In this document: in pieces, positions 12,477 through 26,118 of the stretch | How the letters are laid out: each line of letters opens with the position of its first letter | How positions within the stretch are numbered: the stretch's first letter is position 1 | Source: Cirrosporium novae-zelandiae | Lineage: Eukaryota | Direction of reading: 5' to 3' | Assembly (NCBI GenBank): GCA_026023565.1 | Contig: JAPETS010000007.1 | Location: forward strand, 310,001 to 374,000 | Length of the DNA: 64,000 nucleotides | Program-made: the position numbers and the translations under genes | The notes under the pieces: model-generated | Database searches by the model: none | Told to the model about the DNA's origin: nothing | The model's input: only the letters and a program-made list of their open reading frames with translations

Positions 12477-15400
12477 ACCATGAACTGGATTTGTCGTAGA
12501 GTCGAAATTGAGGGTATGTTCGCTCGAATCGATAAGCCTCTCTGCCTAGATATGCAAGCTGAAATGTGGAGAAGGATAGAAAACTATTGTAGAAATATGC
12601 ACTTGAGCAAAGTCGTCATTAATAATTACCAATTTTGGCTTATCAAACTTCCCAGAGTCCATCTGGATATCGTAGTTGGTCATTCATTTCCCCCATGGGA
12701 AGCTAGTCGACACTCGAGGCAAACTCGGAGGGCCAAGACCGTCCTGAAGAAGAAAACGATCTTCAATTGCATCGTTAGTTCATGGACAAGGGATAACAGA
12801 TGCATCAACGTTGAGGATCGTCCTGGTAGAAAAAAACCACGTTTTTTGCGCAGATCGTTACTCTACCCCGGTACGCTACACTAACTAGTGAGGCCGCCTG
12901 GCTGGCACTGCTGAAAACGCATGTTTGAATTTCAACGCTATCGTTAAGATTATTAGCTATAACCTACAAGTCTTCTCTTTCCTTTTATATATATTGGAAA
13001 GGTATTGGCGTCTATAATCCCTAGGTCCAAGTATTAATATTCGTATATATTCCCGTCCCCATCGAAAATTTGATATTGATAATCATCTATGTTTACCCTC
13101 AACACCATAGGAATATCCTATGCTAGTCATCTTCGTAATCCAAGTACATCTCATAGGCCTGTTGATTTACAATTCTTGTCGTGTATAACGTTTAGACACT
13201 TGTTGTAAATTTAGGGATCGCTATTTATTACCAATCTAGATGTGAGAGGTCTGGTTAGTTGTTTTGGGAAGCTTCGAACTAGGCTTATCAACGATGGATT
13301 CATCCCCAAGATCGTGGCTTGTACTTTGAGATGAGTGCAAACTTGCCAGGATACCAGCTCGATTTCTTTATAAGTATTATTGTACGTCACTTGCTTTTTA
13401 TCTAGCCTCGGCTTATATGTCGCCTTGTTATAATTTGTTAGTTTTAGTGCTCATACTGGTCTTGAACAACCGGACAAACCTTGTGAGGAAGAACTCATTC
13501 CTGCCACTGCCAAAGGCCTTTTGGCAATACATCCTGCATTCGTGTTGACGATGAATTTCCTTTGGTAGGAACTTACCCATAGAAAATTTCGTATAGATGG
13601 AAACAACCCGTTGAGCCTGGAATGGAGAGTACTACAATCGGTAGACGATGTCCGGAGCCATTTTGTAGATTGAGAAATTCAGTATTCTGGAAAGCATAAG
13701 ACCACTAGATTTGACTACAATTATGAAGGATAATCATTCTGGCTTGATTCTGATGGTCCATCGACGCTGCCGCTAACTGAAAGTGGGTGTTTCAAGAACT
13801 TCGATATTGTCTGAGATGAATGATGAGAGAAATGCTATTATTCATCTGAGAACACTTTGGATAATAGAAAGAGAAATCAGGGAGGGCACAGTAAGGCAGA
13901 GAATTGCGAATCTGGAGAGAATAGCAGTGGGCGGATAGATGTATCATGGGGGACGGTGAAAAGGAAAGACATCCTATTTGCTTTCTTGATGTCGACACGT
14001 TTCCATCAATATAAAAGCACCGTGGCCAATATTTTTGAAACGAAGCCTAAGCTCCCATGTTGTCTGTTAGAAAGGGTTAGTGCAATAGGTCAAAGCTGAA
14101 AGTCTGTTTATTAGTAGGGCTCTTAACTTACGAACATGAGTGATCATAAAACTATATTGATATATTACTTGATTACCAAAGTCGTCGGCGTTAGCTTGCA
14201 GCAAAGATTTCTTTTAAAACGACGATAAATTTAATCCCTCTTCATCTCATTTGGCTCGAAACAATGGGATAGGTCAACCAGGTATAGAAGGGTGATAGTG
14301 AATGACTTGGCAAATATAGAATTGATTGGGGTTCTGATCAAAATATTAAAAGATTAAAAGTTCAAAAGAAAGACGGACGGGACGGTTGCAATGGCTGTTG
14401 CTGGTACCGAGGCTACGCGGCAAGGGCTTATGCGCCCTCCACATCGAGTAATGAGGTCCGTCAAGGTCTACACCACAGAAAGACGGTAATAATCGTTATC
14501 AATCATCTAAACGGGTCAAGGTATGCACTGATTCGCCTAGAGTTGATTTCTATCTTTCTACTATGTAAATAGGAGCAAAACAGAGGTCCTTAGCTGCCAT
14601 CCCACGGAGCCTACCGTATAGTGCTCAGAGCGAATTGGAGGTCAGGAAGATATCATCAGAAGGATGAAGATTAATCGCCTACGACATCGTGCCATTAATG
14701 CATAGCGGTTTGGGGGATATCTGTCATCTGAATGGTCCATGAGGGTTTCCCGATGAGTCTTGGACAAATTGAATTAAGTTCAAATTGACTTTTCTGTGGC
14801 ATGGGTTACTCCAGGTAAGGACTTATAAGTTATAAATGTTTGCCAATCAAAAGCTTCAACCTCAGACATACAAGATGGAATAAAACGTTAAGGCCAAGTT
14901 AATTGATTAAAGGGACTTCCAGAACAATTAGACCAAGACTTTTTTTTTTGTTTCTCTTAGGGAAATTAACATGAGATAGCATGACCCCTTGTCGTTTGCT
15001 TCATTGACCCTCATTTGACCCGTGCTATGGTTGCTATGCCTTATGGAAAAACGAGGGACAAATCCACTTTTATTGAGTCTGTCAGCTTTGACCCGCTGAT
15101 CCAATTGATCTGTGAGTAAATTAGTGAATTAAATAGCTTATTGAATTATCAAAGAGTCCACAGTTCGTGCGCGATTTGTCTTGCTTGTCTGTCAGACATT
15201 ACCGATAAGCATCCCTGCAGTGGAGAAATAACCGTTCGAGACACCTTGGAGGCACCACCATCTAAGCATCTAAGCCCCAACCATGGAAATAGCTCTAACT
15301 AAAATGAAGAATAAAAAAAAATCTATCGAATCCGACTCCCGCGAACCGTTTTGACGGATTCGTACATTTCTGGCCCGATAATCGTCTTTTTTTTTTTTTG

Positions 15401-15593
15401 CTGCATTTCCCCCGTGGTCCTGACATAAACCATGTCACCCCCGTGTTGCTGCCTTTGTTGACCTCGGCGCAGTCTTACTTCAATAAGCACTGTGAGATGA
15501 TGTACATTATCGAACATCGTTCCTCTCTCTGTCCAGCATGCTATACCTTTCAATGATGGATGGTTTTTTCAACTTGCTTGAACTAGATTCAAA

Positions 15594-17876
15594 ATGTCGT
15601 GGTGGACCGAAACCCGCATCGATGCAGTGCTCGATGACACCTTCATATATCAGCAGCTTCAATCACAACAGCACCTCCTAGAAACGAGTCCAGCTTTTGG
15701 CGATGGCCTCACTGACGATACCTATCTCGAGTGGATACTGAAAAGAGCACGGAAGCTCTTCCTGATCCTGGTGGACGTCGGCATTCCGGATCAGATATTT
15801 CGCATGATTGATGAATCTTATGACGATGATGACCTTCCCTTTGATAGAGATGCAATTAACCAGCTCCAATTTTCCTCTCCGCGGGACGATGGTGTGAATG
15901 ATAAATTCCATAACACGCAGTTCAATTTTCTCATTCGGGATCTTCAGAAGGGTGACCACATAGACTACGAGAACCATGAGACTATTCCAATTGATGTGGT
16001 TAAGGATCGAACTAGCATAACAACAAAAACAGCGTCGTTGGAGAAGAAGGTCTCTGAGAAAGTTGTCCTCTCCTCTGGTGCTGTATATACGAGACGTCGG
16101 GTCTCCTTTGACAAACCTCCATTGAATTTGGGACGGGAAGAGTTATTGGACGATATCGATTTCATGAAGGCGCATTCACATCGACATGCTGTATCTGTGT
16201 TTGCCTCATATACATTCGAGAATACCGGTTATGCTCTCTTTGCGCCACCTCTAGATCTGACCCTGAAAACTTTCCTAAGCGATCAACCGTCACAATTTAA
16301 ATCTCTAGAGAAGCTTGCCCGTCGTGAGGTCATCATCAACTGGCCTCATTGTCTTTCTTCTGCTATCTCATTTCTCCACGATGCAGGCCAAACACATTCA
16401 GAGATTCGACCCTCAAACATTTTTATCGACCCCTCTAATTGGTCCATAATCCTTGGTCCTTTTGGTTCATTGGAAGTTTTCCAGCTACCTAAGAAAACAG
16501 GTGATAATGAATCATATAATTACGCTCCGCCAGAGCAATGGGTCTCCTCAGCTGTTTGGCAGCAGACAGCTACTGCACACAAGGTTAATTACTCCGGTGC
16601 TCGAACAACAAGGAAGATAAATCCTGGTAGCGAGAGTTCATCGCCGAAGAGTCCAGTTTCACCCTTGAAACCTGTCCTCCAACCTACGTGGCAGAAAGCT
16701 CCGTCAACGAGTACTATCCTTTATTCCGGGGCGCGAACTCGGCATGCGAAAACTTCAAGCCGCAGGAAGTCGGATGAAACTCAAGTTATCAATGGAGTGA
16801 GAACCGATGGCAATTTGTCCTCGGCAGCTAGCGTAACATCATCAACATCCTCAGGCTCGAAATACTTCGGTTCCTCCAGAAAGAAAGACAGTTTTTTATC
16901 GACATCTAGTATGATGACGGGCACTAGTGCCATAACAGGGACATCTTCATCATCTTCCGAGGGTTGGAAAGTGGCTAACAATGCAAGGAAGAAGGATAGC
17001 ATTGTATCATCTACAGCTAGTGTAATAACTGCATCTTCCTCAAGCTCATCTGGCTCACGTTCTGGTTCCCGGCCGACTACGGCCATCTCGGTTCCAAAAG
17101 CCGCCCAGCCTTCTCCTGTTGCAATTCCCATGGATCAGGTAAAGTCTACGCTTGTCTCGGCCTTCACTGTTAACGAAGGCGCCAATCCCATGTCGATGGA
17201 CATTTTCGCTCTAGGTGCCGTTACTCTTGATATTCTAACTCACCTTATGTCTCGGAAAATCTCGTCCTTTACTCATCATCGAGCCAAGAAGAATGTTTCT
17301 GCAGGAAGAGGTGGTGCAATTGCTGATGCGAGTTTCCATGCCAATCTCGGACAAGTTTCATCGTGGATCAAACAGCTTGACAAAGAAGCCAGAAAGAAAG
17401 CCAAAGAAAAGCAAATCTATCGAGGCATCCCACCTATACTTGAGGTTGCCGAGAATATGCTATCCAAGGATCCGACTATGCGACCAGCGATCCAAGAAGT
17501 GGAAGGCTCATTTTTTGATTCAGTCACAACTTCTGGGGGCTTTTATCATTGTGGTGCCTCCCAAACAGGAATGGAACATGCTCCCTCAGGTCCGCGGTCT
17601 CCACAATCTCAGCGAACATTATCACCAAATAATCATTTTATAGGAAATTATCTCCATGACCAGACTAGTGTTAGACTTAGTCTCGACACGATTGATAGCG
17701 GCGACGACGATGAACAAGTGAGCACGGCCAGTAGTCGGTATGATGAACCAGATACGGCACAAGATCACGGACGGAGAGAAAACCCGGGATGGCCCTTACC
17801 GGCGGGACCGGACAAAACGGACGGAATTCTATACAGAATGAAGGGTGTAAATATTGGAGCCCGCGTAATAAAGTAA
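15594..17876 (+). CDS. protein-kinase-like (probable pseudokinase) protein, 760 aa, single exon
   Basis: Kinase-fold motifs HRHAVSVFASY, HCLSSAISFLH, HSEIRPSNIFID, YAPPE, MDIFALG and MLSKDPTMRP. HRD-Asp and DFG are absent, and there is a large Ser-rich insert. Confidence 0.85.
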   Translation: MSWWTETRIDAVLDDTFIYQQLQSQQHLLETSPAFGDGLTDDTYLEWILKRARKLFLILVDVGIPDQIFRMIDESYDDDDLPFDRDAINQLQFSSPRDDGVNDKFHNTQFNFLIRDLQKGDHIDYENHETIPIDVVKDRTSITTKTASLEKKVSEKVVLSSGAVYTRRRVSFDKPPLNLGREELLDDIDFMKAHSHRHAVSVFASYTFENTGYALFAPPLDLTLKTFLSDQPSQFKSLEKLARREVIINWPHCLSSAISFLHDAGQTHSEIRPSNIFIDPSNWSIILGPFGSLEVFQLPKKTGDNESYNYAPPEQWVSSAVWQQTATAHKVNYSGARTTRKINPGSESSSPKSPVSPLKPVLQPTWQKAPSTSTILYSGARTRHAKTSSRRKSDETQVINGVRTDGNLSSAASVTSSTSSGSKYFGSSRKKDSFLSTSSMMTGTSAITGTSSSSSEGWKVANNARKKDSIVSSTASVITASSSSSSGSRSGSRPTTAISVPKAAQPSPVAIPMDQVKSTLVSAFTVNEGANPMSMDIFALGAVTLDILTHLMSRKISSFTHHRAKKNVSAGRGGAIADASFHANLGQVSSWIKQLDKEARKKAKEKQIYRGIPPILEVAENMLSKDPTMRPAIQEVEGSFFDSVTTSGGFYHCGASQTGMEHAPSGPRSPQSQRTLSPNNHFIGNYLHDQTSVRLSLDTIDSGDDDEQVSTASSRYDEPDTAQDHGRRENPGWPLPAGPDKTDGILYRMKGVNIGARVIK

Positions 17877-18647
17877 CGGGAGCTGGTCTTTCAATAGAGT
17901 GAAGATTAAACTTACATTAGTGACTTGAAATTTACAAAGATGGTAGTTTCAAGTATCTTGGATTATCCACCATGTACACACAGTACGTCAGAGAGAAACA
18001 AGAGAAATGCGCGACATGCTTCCTTAGAGCCGGAACTATCATTTCTGACCTGAAATGCTCGCCTGCCCTCTTGATTGCCCGTGTGATCTTGCAGGATCCC
18101 TGCAGCAAAAACAACAGGAATTATTTTGAATGTTTTTGCTATTAAGTACAGAGGCAGAACAATGACAGCATCAACTTTTTCAAAAACAATTCTATATGGT
18201 CATCAGATATATGCTGTACACCGATGATGGTAGAGGTTGGCTTGCATTGGTGAACGCGGTGAGTCCGACGAGCCCAGAGAAACCGAGAAACCCACCAAAC
18301 TACGTCATCATGCACACATACAATTCTTGTAGACCATCTGCATTCACTTCTGTACTAAAAGTACACCGATTGCATCTAGTGCTTTCTGCCCAACAAGAAC
18401 CCTTCCCTTTTCCTTCTCTCACTTCCACCTACCTTTCTGCAATCTTTCATAAGGGACTCTTGAACCCCAACTTGTCGAAACATTAGTCTTGCTCGTTTCA
18501 AACTGCCACAAAACGGGTAGTACAAATTAAACAAGTCGTCAACTAATTTCCACCTGGGTTGCACGCCCCCCAACAGTCAACACTTTAGCCCGGTTTCATA
18601 TCTGTGCATCAAATCAGGTCTGTCCGAACCATCGTGCGATTTCAACC

Positions 18648-19930
18648 ATGGCTTCTAGCCTGGCGGCCCTTGGCCTTGAACTCGCGCCTCAAGCAATCAA
18701 CAACTATGGGCCTATCAAACGAACCATAAAGAAGAGGATCCCTATCCCGGGTACAAGACGTCGAGGCCCAGATAACCAAGAAAAACAAGACTTTGTCGAA
18801 ATTGACGAATATGAGGGGAATATAAGGGGAAGAAATCTGGATGATGAACGGGACAGACAGTTTCAACGCGGCAGCCATGAAGAGTACGACGAGAACCGAG
18901 GTTATGATCGACTACGCCGAAGCAACACAGCATATGGGGAGAGAGATCGACGAGATCTTTTGCCCCCTGATGGAGATTTATACCGCCCTCGAACCATAGA
19001 CCAGGGGGGATATTATTCTTCAAGAGGATCACGTCGAGGTAGAGGTGATCCTAAAGCAAGAGGTCATTCTTTTGGTTTAAATCCTGTTTCACTAGAATTT
19101 TGATTAACACTGTTCTAGGTGGGCGCAGACATTACGACTCTGAATCTAACTCCGACTCCGACTCCGACTCTTCATCCTCTTTTTCCCCTCCTCTGTCTCG
19201 TAACCGTCGTCGCACATCTCCTACACCCCCAGATATTGGAAAACTCAATTTTGGCACGGCAGAGGCTGCTGCCGCAGGGGTAGCGTATGCAGACCGTGAT
19301 CGTAGCCCATCACATTTCAGGAGAGGACAATCTCGTCCAGATTTCAACCATCGTGCTTCTTCCTATAGCCCACCTAGAAATCGTGGCTTCGATGGTGGGG
19401 CTATGATTAGGAATGGAAATGGGAATAATGGTCCTCCAAGAGGCAGGTCCGAAAGAGGTGGCGACGACAGTCATAGCCGATCTAGTAGCTCTTCATCTTC
19501 GGTTTCTATCTCCTCGTCAGAAGATGAACGGCGTGCACGCAAAGCCAAGTGGGCAGTCCCTCTAACTGCGGGCCTTGCTGCTGTCGCCACGGTTCATGCT
19601 GCTGCTGGCATTAGAAAGTCTATGGATGCCCATGATGAACGTCACAGGAAGCTGAGAGAGGGTAAAATCACAAGGGACGATGCGAGAAAACTTAAGCAGA
19701 AGACATATCTACAGGATGCTGCAGCCCTTGGGATTGCTGCTATGAGCGTTAAAGGAGCATATAGTGAGTGGAAAGAAATGGGAGAGCATCGGAAGAGATA
19801 TCACGAGCAAAAAGAGGCATGGAGGAAGAGACATGAAAAGCGACTGAAGAAGGAGAGGAAGCGCAGGGAACAGAGCAGAGGCCCGAGACCAGGCTATGGC
19901 CGAAGAGAGTCGAATTATTATAGCGATTGA
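18648..19930 (+). CDS. Arg/Ser-rich protein with DUF3824-family-like C-terminus; 2 exons (acceptor at 19118; donor at 19039, 19045 or 19063)
   Basis: C-terminal block LTAGLAAVATVHAA...EGKITRDDARKLKQKTYLQDAAALGIAAMSVKGAYSEWKE is typical of fungal DUF3824-containing proteins. A phase-1 intron links the two ORFs. Confidence 0.72.
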
Positions 19931-21628
19931 ATGGTGTCTCAACAGCTTTCATCGATATTCTGGCTCTCGGAGAGTTGGCATAAACTGTTAGAATGATATA
20001 CATGGGCAAAGTTATACCATGCGTGAATCAGGAAATTGCGATGGGGCATGCATGATTTGGATGGTTTTTACGACGACATGACTTGCATTTCCATTGGCTA
20101 GTGACTTCAACAGCATACACGGTTTCAGTGATTTAATGACTTTCGATTCTTTTACTACCTTTAGTGTTGAGCATGCGCGTTTATTGGTGGTTCCAGCGGT
20201 TCGGGTGAATTGGGGGTTTTATTATATTCTCTTCCAGCCTGTGCCTCTAGAGTGATAGCATGATTAGTTATGAGCATAAATGAAAGGCGGGGGCTCTATT
20301 TACTTTGGAAGTCGAACGTGAGGACAGGATATCTCTACCCTGCTCCATAAAATGGGAGCGGGGGGGAGGCAGCTTTTATACCCATTTGTTAGTAAGGAAG
20401 GTGCAGTGAACCTTTTACCCTACCTAGTAATTGGTAAGATGGTAAAACTTATCAAGTTTATTGACTCAGACGTCATAGATAGATAAACCTTTCACCTACC
20501 ATGGTTATTTCTATTTACGAATATTTACCACCTGACTGCCTTACACACCTACGCCCATATATAATAATTCTGGGACCCTAGACTTTGTCAATACAAAGAT
20601 GCCATTATATTCTTTCTTTATTCATTGTGGCGGTCTTTAATAGATCCCTTGTGTTCCCCGTCACTAGAATCCTCTCATACCGAGTTCGAGCAGGCAAACA
20701 GCTTTTTTGAAGATCAACCATTATTCCTGAGGTAATTAAAGAGGGAAAGAATATCTGGCTCAGTATTGATATTGTCCCTTCTTGTGATGATACAACTACT
20801 TTAACCGGGCTAGTGGGGTTTGAAGGTAGGATTTTAGACTTCCTCTCTCAATTGCTCATTCAATAGCGGAGTTGAACGATGGCAGGTTAAAATACCTAAC
20901 ACAAATGATGAACGATTGCCCTTTGGCTCTACATTGCAGCCCTCGCTCACTGCTGTAATTGCTGTAGGCTACTAAGGGACCTCTTTGTTTTTTTATCACC
21001 CACAGCTTCGGTGACATTGTCTCGGCTCGTGTATGCTGCTTACTGCACCCCCAACCCCGAAAAAGCATGAAGAAAGAGATGGTTTTTGGTATAAGAGAGG
21101 CAAGACTTATCTGCAAGCCCTCATGCTCGGTGCATCAGAGATCGTCAAGGACTAGTTCCGTATGTAAATCAGACGTACCTAGTTGACATCCCTTGTCTTA
21201 AGCTATCTTAAACCTATATCGTAGGCCTGCTTATTCTTTCCTATCTTGCCGACTAATCAGCCAGCACTCTAAGCAAATGAGCTATTGGGCGATGAATCAC
21301 AGTATGTCTCTCCGGTTATGAAAAAAATAAATAAAAACATAATACTAAACCGGAATCAGAACCTCGACGAACACCTTCATCGACAACTTCGGTTTGCTTC
21401 TGAATCCTCGGATACGAGTTAAAGAAAGTGTTCGTCTCATAACAAAAAAAATCAAACAAACCAACAAGGCATAAATAAATAAATAAACAAAGCCACGTCT
21501 CAAAACAAAAAAAACTCTTCAACCAGGAATAATAATAAAAAAGCACGAAACAGGAAGGCACGTAAATTTTTATGCCTAAGAAAGAATAAGGACGACGAAC
21601 CTCGAACTCGAAGAAAAAAGAAAGTCCA

Positions 21629-21652
21629 AGGAGGAGGAGGAGGAGGAGGAGG
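21629..21652. repeat. (GGA)n microsatellite
   Basis: Run of GGA triplets. Confidence 0.7.
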
Positions 21653-22322
21653 GGAAAGAATGGCTAAACAACAACCCCCCATGGATACATACATAGATCG
21701 AAAAACGTGGGGAATGGAGAGCGAACGGGAAGGAGATCGATCTTGCGCCACCCATCATCGAACTGCATCACCGAGCCCACAATGTACCAAGCCCCCTCGA
21801 AACCATACAGATGAGAATGATATGCACCTACCTACCTGTGAAAAGGAGAGACATAATTCCAAAGTGACTTTTACTGTACAGTACTGCAAAAGTACAAGGG
21901 AAAAAAAAATCAACTCCTACGACATCTCAATGTCAAAAAATCCATCTAATCCAGTCCTCTTACATCCTATATATGCTTCCGTCCGTGCCTGTATAATACA
22001 TCATTTATTAAAGTAACCTAATCCACTTAAGAAGTCCCCTTCAAAACCACGACCATGAAATCCTATATAAAACTACATATTCACAATTTCTACTCCCTCC
22101 CTCTATCTAGCTTAGTCTAAGGTTATCAATCGATCGAGGTTCAAGGTAACTAACTCAGGGCGAAGGCCGTTCGCTCGTTCACTCGTTTCCCTACCTCTTC
22201 CAGCAACAAAAGGTAGATAAAACCAAGCCCACCACCTCACATAAGAAACAAAAAAAACAGGTCTATATCATAAATCTCCAAGAAAATTTCCATCAACGGT
22301 ATCTTCATCATAGCCCTCCCCT

Positions 22323-22353
22323 CCAACCAACCAACCAATCAACCAACCAAACC
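22323..22353. repeat. (CCAA)n microsatellite
   Basis: ccaaccaaccaaccaatcaaccaaccaaacc. Confidence 0.65.
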
Positions 22354-23517
22354 ACCGTCCACCATCTACCGTCTACCGCGGATATATATTACAAACTAGC
22401 CATCTTTGTACAGTACACTAACTCTCGATCTTGATCATGATAATTTGTTATATTTACGTATGTAATGTAATCGAAGGGTTTGGTTGGGGATATGGATTCA
22501 TCATCATGTATGTATGTAACTGCGGGCGTGATTGGAAAAGGGGGGGTGACCGAAGTGTTGGTTAAGCTCCGCATTAAGAATGGGTGGGTAGTAGATGCTA
22601 CGTACGTGAGATTTAAATTCTTAATAGTGATTTGGAGCTGTGTGCCTCCGTCTGTTGGGTAGGAGGGAGTCGCTACACTGAATAGCTATGGGCAGATTTG
22701 ATACCAATGGAAATCACTCAAAGCCTTCGGGGAGAAGGGGCGATAGATGATGCTATTAAATGTACCCATATACTACTGGGAATCCATCAACACATTTCCA
22801 AAAACCACACTCACAATAACCTACATCATCACTATCATCACCCCCCAAACCTCTTCTCTCTTATCTAATAGGTGAAAAAAAGAAGCCCAATCTCCTTACA
22901 AAAATGTAGCAGACACAGATTCGTCTCGTAAGTAACAAGTCTTGGCTAGTTACGACGGGCAGGTCTGCCACCCACGCAACAAGCACGGTCGTTGTCATCC
23001 TCAATATAGAAGACTTACCAACTGTGTCTTGAGAAATGATCACTCCAGAAAAGAAGGATGAGATCCTGTGGGTCGAGTTGATATATCGCGTGGAATACAG
23101 AGCTGCAAGGATGAGACTCGCCTTGTGCTCCACCTTGCCTCGCGAATTGGAATGGGCCATGGATAAGATGAGGGGCTGGTCTTGAATTTCAAGGGGATGT
23201 GAGAAGCGAACAGAAACTTCAACATGAGTAAGGAAATGGCTTAAGAGCAGGTTGGTTTGAAGGTAGGTTGTGAATTTGGAAATATTTTTTTTAAGTTGCT
23301 ATAAAGCGGAACCAATGAAAATTGGATACGAACGGATATTTGGAAATAAAAAATGGTGCTATGTAGAAACTGTAAGCAAAGCTGAAGAAGCGCGAAGGAT
23401 ACTTTTTGGAAATCGGGGTATCTAATATACACAACCTACAACTGTGTCCAGATCCATCCACCATCGTTTGTAATATTTCCCCAATCCAATTCTCTTTTGG
23501 ATGCCGTTACTAAGATA

Positions 23518-25514
23518 TCATCGAGGCGCAAATAAAACCTTCTTCTGTGCCTTCAGGGTTCCATTCATTGTAGTGTTAGTAATGTGAGTGCTCTTTGCCA
23601 TATCATCAAGCATCCTGTCCACTCCGTCCACGTCAAGTTCACCGCGAGCAAGTAGTGACTGGTCAGCAGCTATGTTCGGGCCTGACATGATGTTGGCAGG
23701 TCGATTGAACAGGCTACTGGATTGTAATCTTGGTTGCTGCGAGCAAATTTCAGCTTGTCTTGAAACTATCATGTTAAGACGTGACTCGGTGATCACAAGG
23801 ACGTTTATGGATTGCTGAAGCGACTTTGCGGTTTTGGTTGAACTAGAAGGCGGTCTGAGAAAATCCACACCAATTTGCTTTTCTCCACGAAGATCAACAC
23901 CTTCGATTCGATAGGTATCTCGGCGGGAGGAGCTAAGGAAGGTACCACGGCCGAGCTTTGTCGAACAGTACGACAGAATGCTGGGTACACATACAATACG
24001 ACTCCCATGCATGAGCAGAATGCTTTCGTCAATGTCCGACTGTCTCGCCAAATTTGTCGTTTGCACGCAGATAGCACCGGGGACGTAAGCATCTGTTTCA
24101 ATAGCCGGACCGTTGAATAGAACTTCCTCTCTAACACGGCGAGTACCAGGTGTCATTGGCACAAAACTAGAACCGACCTTTCCAGCCGAGGAGGTCTGAT
24201 GTGAAGCAGGCAATCCTCCTATCCAGTCATTAATTGTGAAGGCTGTGATAGAACCTCCCATCAGAGCTGTATTTGTGCCTGTTCCTAGTCCGGTGCCTTC
24301 AACATCCCAGATTCCCCATTGTCCATCAGCCAGCAGGCATATAACAGCCTTTCCAGCAAGAACCCAGTCTGCGGCTAATATTCTCTTCCTCCTAGATGTC
24401 CCATCCATGCCTTGCTCAAAGCCTGGGTATAAAGTAATTGCCCACGATGGTTGTGAGGACCAAAGTTCAGAGCTTGCGCTGGAAGTGGAAGAATCCCGGA
24501 TTTGCGAGCCTCTATTAGGTCTGATGGAAATGCTTAACAAGATTTTGACTGCACCATTGGCATAGGCAACAAGTAGCTGAGATGGGGCTTGCGACCCAGG
24601 CAACATCGGTCGGAAGGTTACTGTAACGGCTGGAGAAGCAAGTCGTACTCGTTGAATAGGTACAACGTGATTGGAGACGGCTGCTAAGCCAGTTTCCGGA
24701 GATATTGGGATTCGGTAGACGAGCAGCAACCTAGAAACCTCGCCAGAATGAGATGCCAGAAGCAGATCCCATGAGGAATTTCCCACTTCGTCTTCTATTG
24801 ACTTGTGCCTGGGCTGATATTCAGCAAAGCTGATTGATACCCCATTCGCGATATCTTGATGCCCAGCGTTGTTTCCTAAGGTTACAATTCGTTCTCCGTG
24901 CGACTCACTATCTTCTGATCCGGGTATTGGAGGTATCAATGGGATAGTAATAATTCGAACTGTACAATCAGAACATGTTATAGCAGCAAGTATTTGTGTA
25001 GAAAGTATAGGGGGGAAAGATTGGGGTGATCTTCGGAATTGCTCAGGATTTAGCCTCGGAACGGCTATAGTAAGGACCTCGACCCCAAGGTGAACGTTGA
25101 TCTTGCTTATTATCGGTTCATATGACTGTGAAAGTTCTACTCGGTCTTCTTCTTCTTCCTCGAACTCAGCAGGTTCTCCTTTTCCAAGTACAGCTTCATC
25201 AGAATCAGAATCAGTGATTATCATAGCCTCATTGTTGTTCGAACCGCCATTCAAAGCTGGGCTCTTCTCTTCTGGCCTTTTCCGTTTTCGATCTCCGCAC
25301 CATATAATACCAAGACCATGTTTGTGGCCATAAAGGATAATACTCGAGCCATTAGGTGATGGTAAAGGATAGGGCTTAGACGTTTGAAGGTGTTGACCAA
25401 ATCCGTAGCTGTAGTACTGAAGTTAGTGATTAGGGCAATCAACTATGAAGCGAAATATAAAGCCTACCTTACTTGCAGGCCATCGGATCTGGTAGAAACA
25501 TTAGGCGTTGGCAT
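23518..25514 (-). CDS. NUP37: nucleoporin Nup37 (fungal type); exons 25514-25473 and 25416-23518
   Basis: The spliced N-terminus reads MPTPNVSTRSDGLQ|YYSYGFGQHLQTSKPYPLPSPNGSSIILYGHKHGLGIIW. Later motifs (LGVEVLTIAVP, KRILAADWVLAGKAVICLLADGQWGIWDVEG, FVPMTPGTRR, GELDVDGVDRML) match Pezizomycotina Nup37. GT-AG intron at 25472-25417. Confidence 0.85.
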
Positions 25515-25779
25515 GCTTGACAAGGGCTTTGGAGGGAGCTCGTTGTCGAGCTTCGTGTATAGTTCCCGAGCGTCAATGCCCTGTAGGATATGGTTTAGCA
25601 CTTGTAATTAATTATAACGACACCCTGCTCGACTCATTTTGCTTTCCTCCTGACCACTTACTTGGTGCACTTGGGGAGGTATTGGGGGATTGATTGCGTT
25701 ATTTTCGGCATCACTCGGACTTGTTGCCTCCAGATGGTTTTAGTAATAGCCAATTCATGACATACAAACTCCCGTGCGC

Positions 25780-25790
25780 ACGCGTCGCGT
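25780..25790. promoter_or_regulatory. tandem MCB-like elements (ACGCGT + TCGCGT) in the NUP37/APC1 divergent promoter
   Basis: ACGCGTCGCGT lies in the ~600-bp shared intergenic region. Confidence 0.4.
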
Positions 25791-26118
25791 GTTCGTCCGC
25801 CATTGAGTTTTTTTACCTAGGTAGCTAGGTAGCTAATTAATTAATCAGTTCGACAACAATATACTACCCTTTAGGTATGCAGTATGAGATACCTGAGCAA
25901 GAGGTTTCGCAATGATGGATACAAGTCTTGGTAAATGTTAGAAACTAGATGGGATGGATGATTTGTCTCAACTTCAGTATATTACCCACTCTCCTGATGA
26001 CAGTTCCTTTCCCACCTCTGTCGCACTTTCTTCGAGCCCTGCTCAACGTTTCTAATCCTCGCCCGAAGGTGACTCTCGCTACAGAGAGATCAACATTACA
26101 GGTGATTGAAACAATACA

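Noticed and set aside
12480..14100. ORF 12480-12884 and a possible minus-strand gene relic with an intron near 13534-13576
   Set aside because: No recognisable protein motifs in the frames examined by eye.
22861..23260. Stop-interrupted plus-strand frame (MITPEKKDEILWVEL...)
   Set aside because: Too short and unrecognisable to call a pseudogene.
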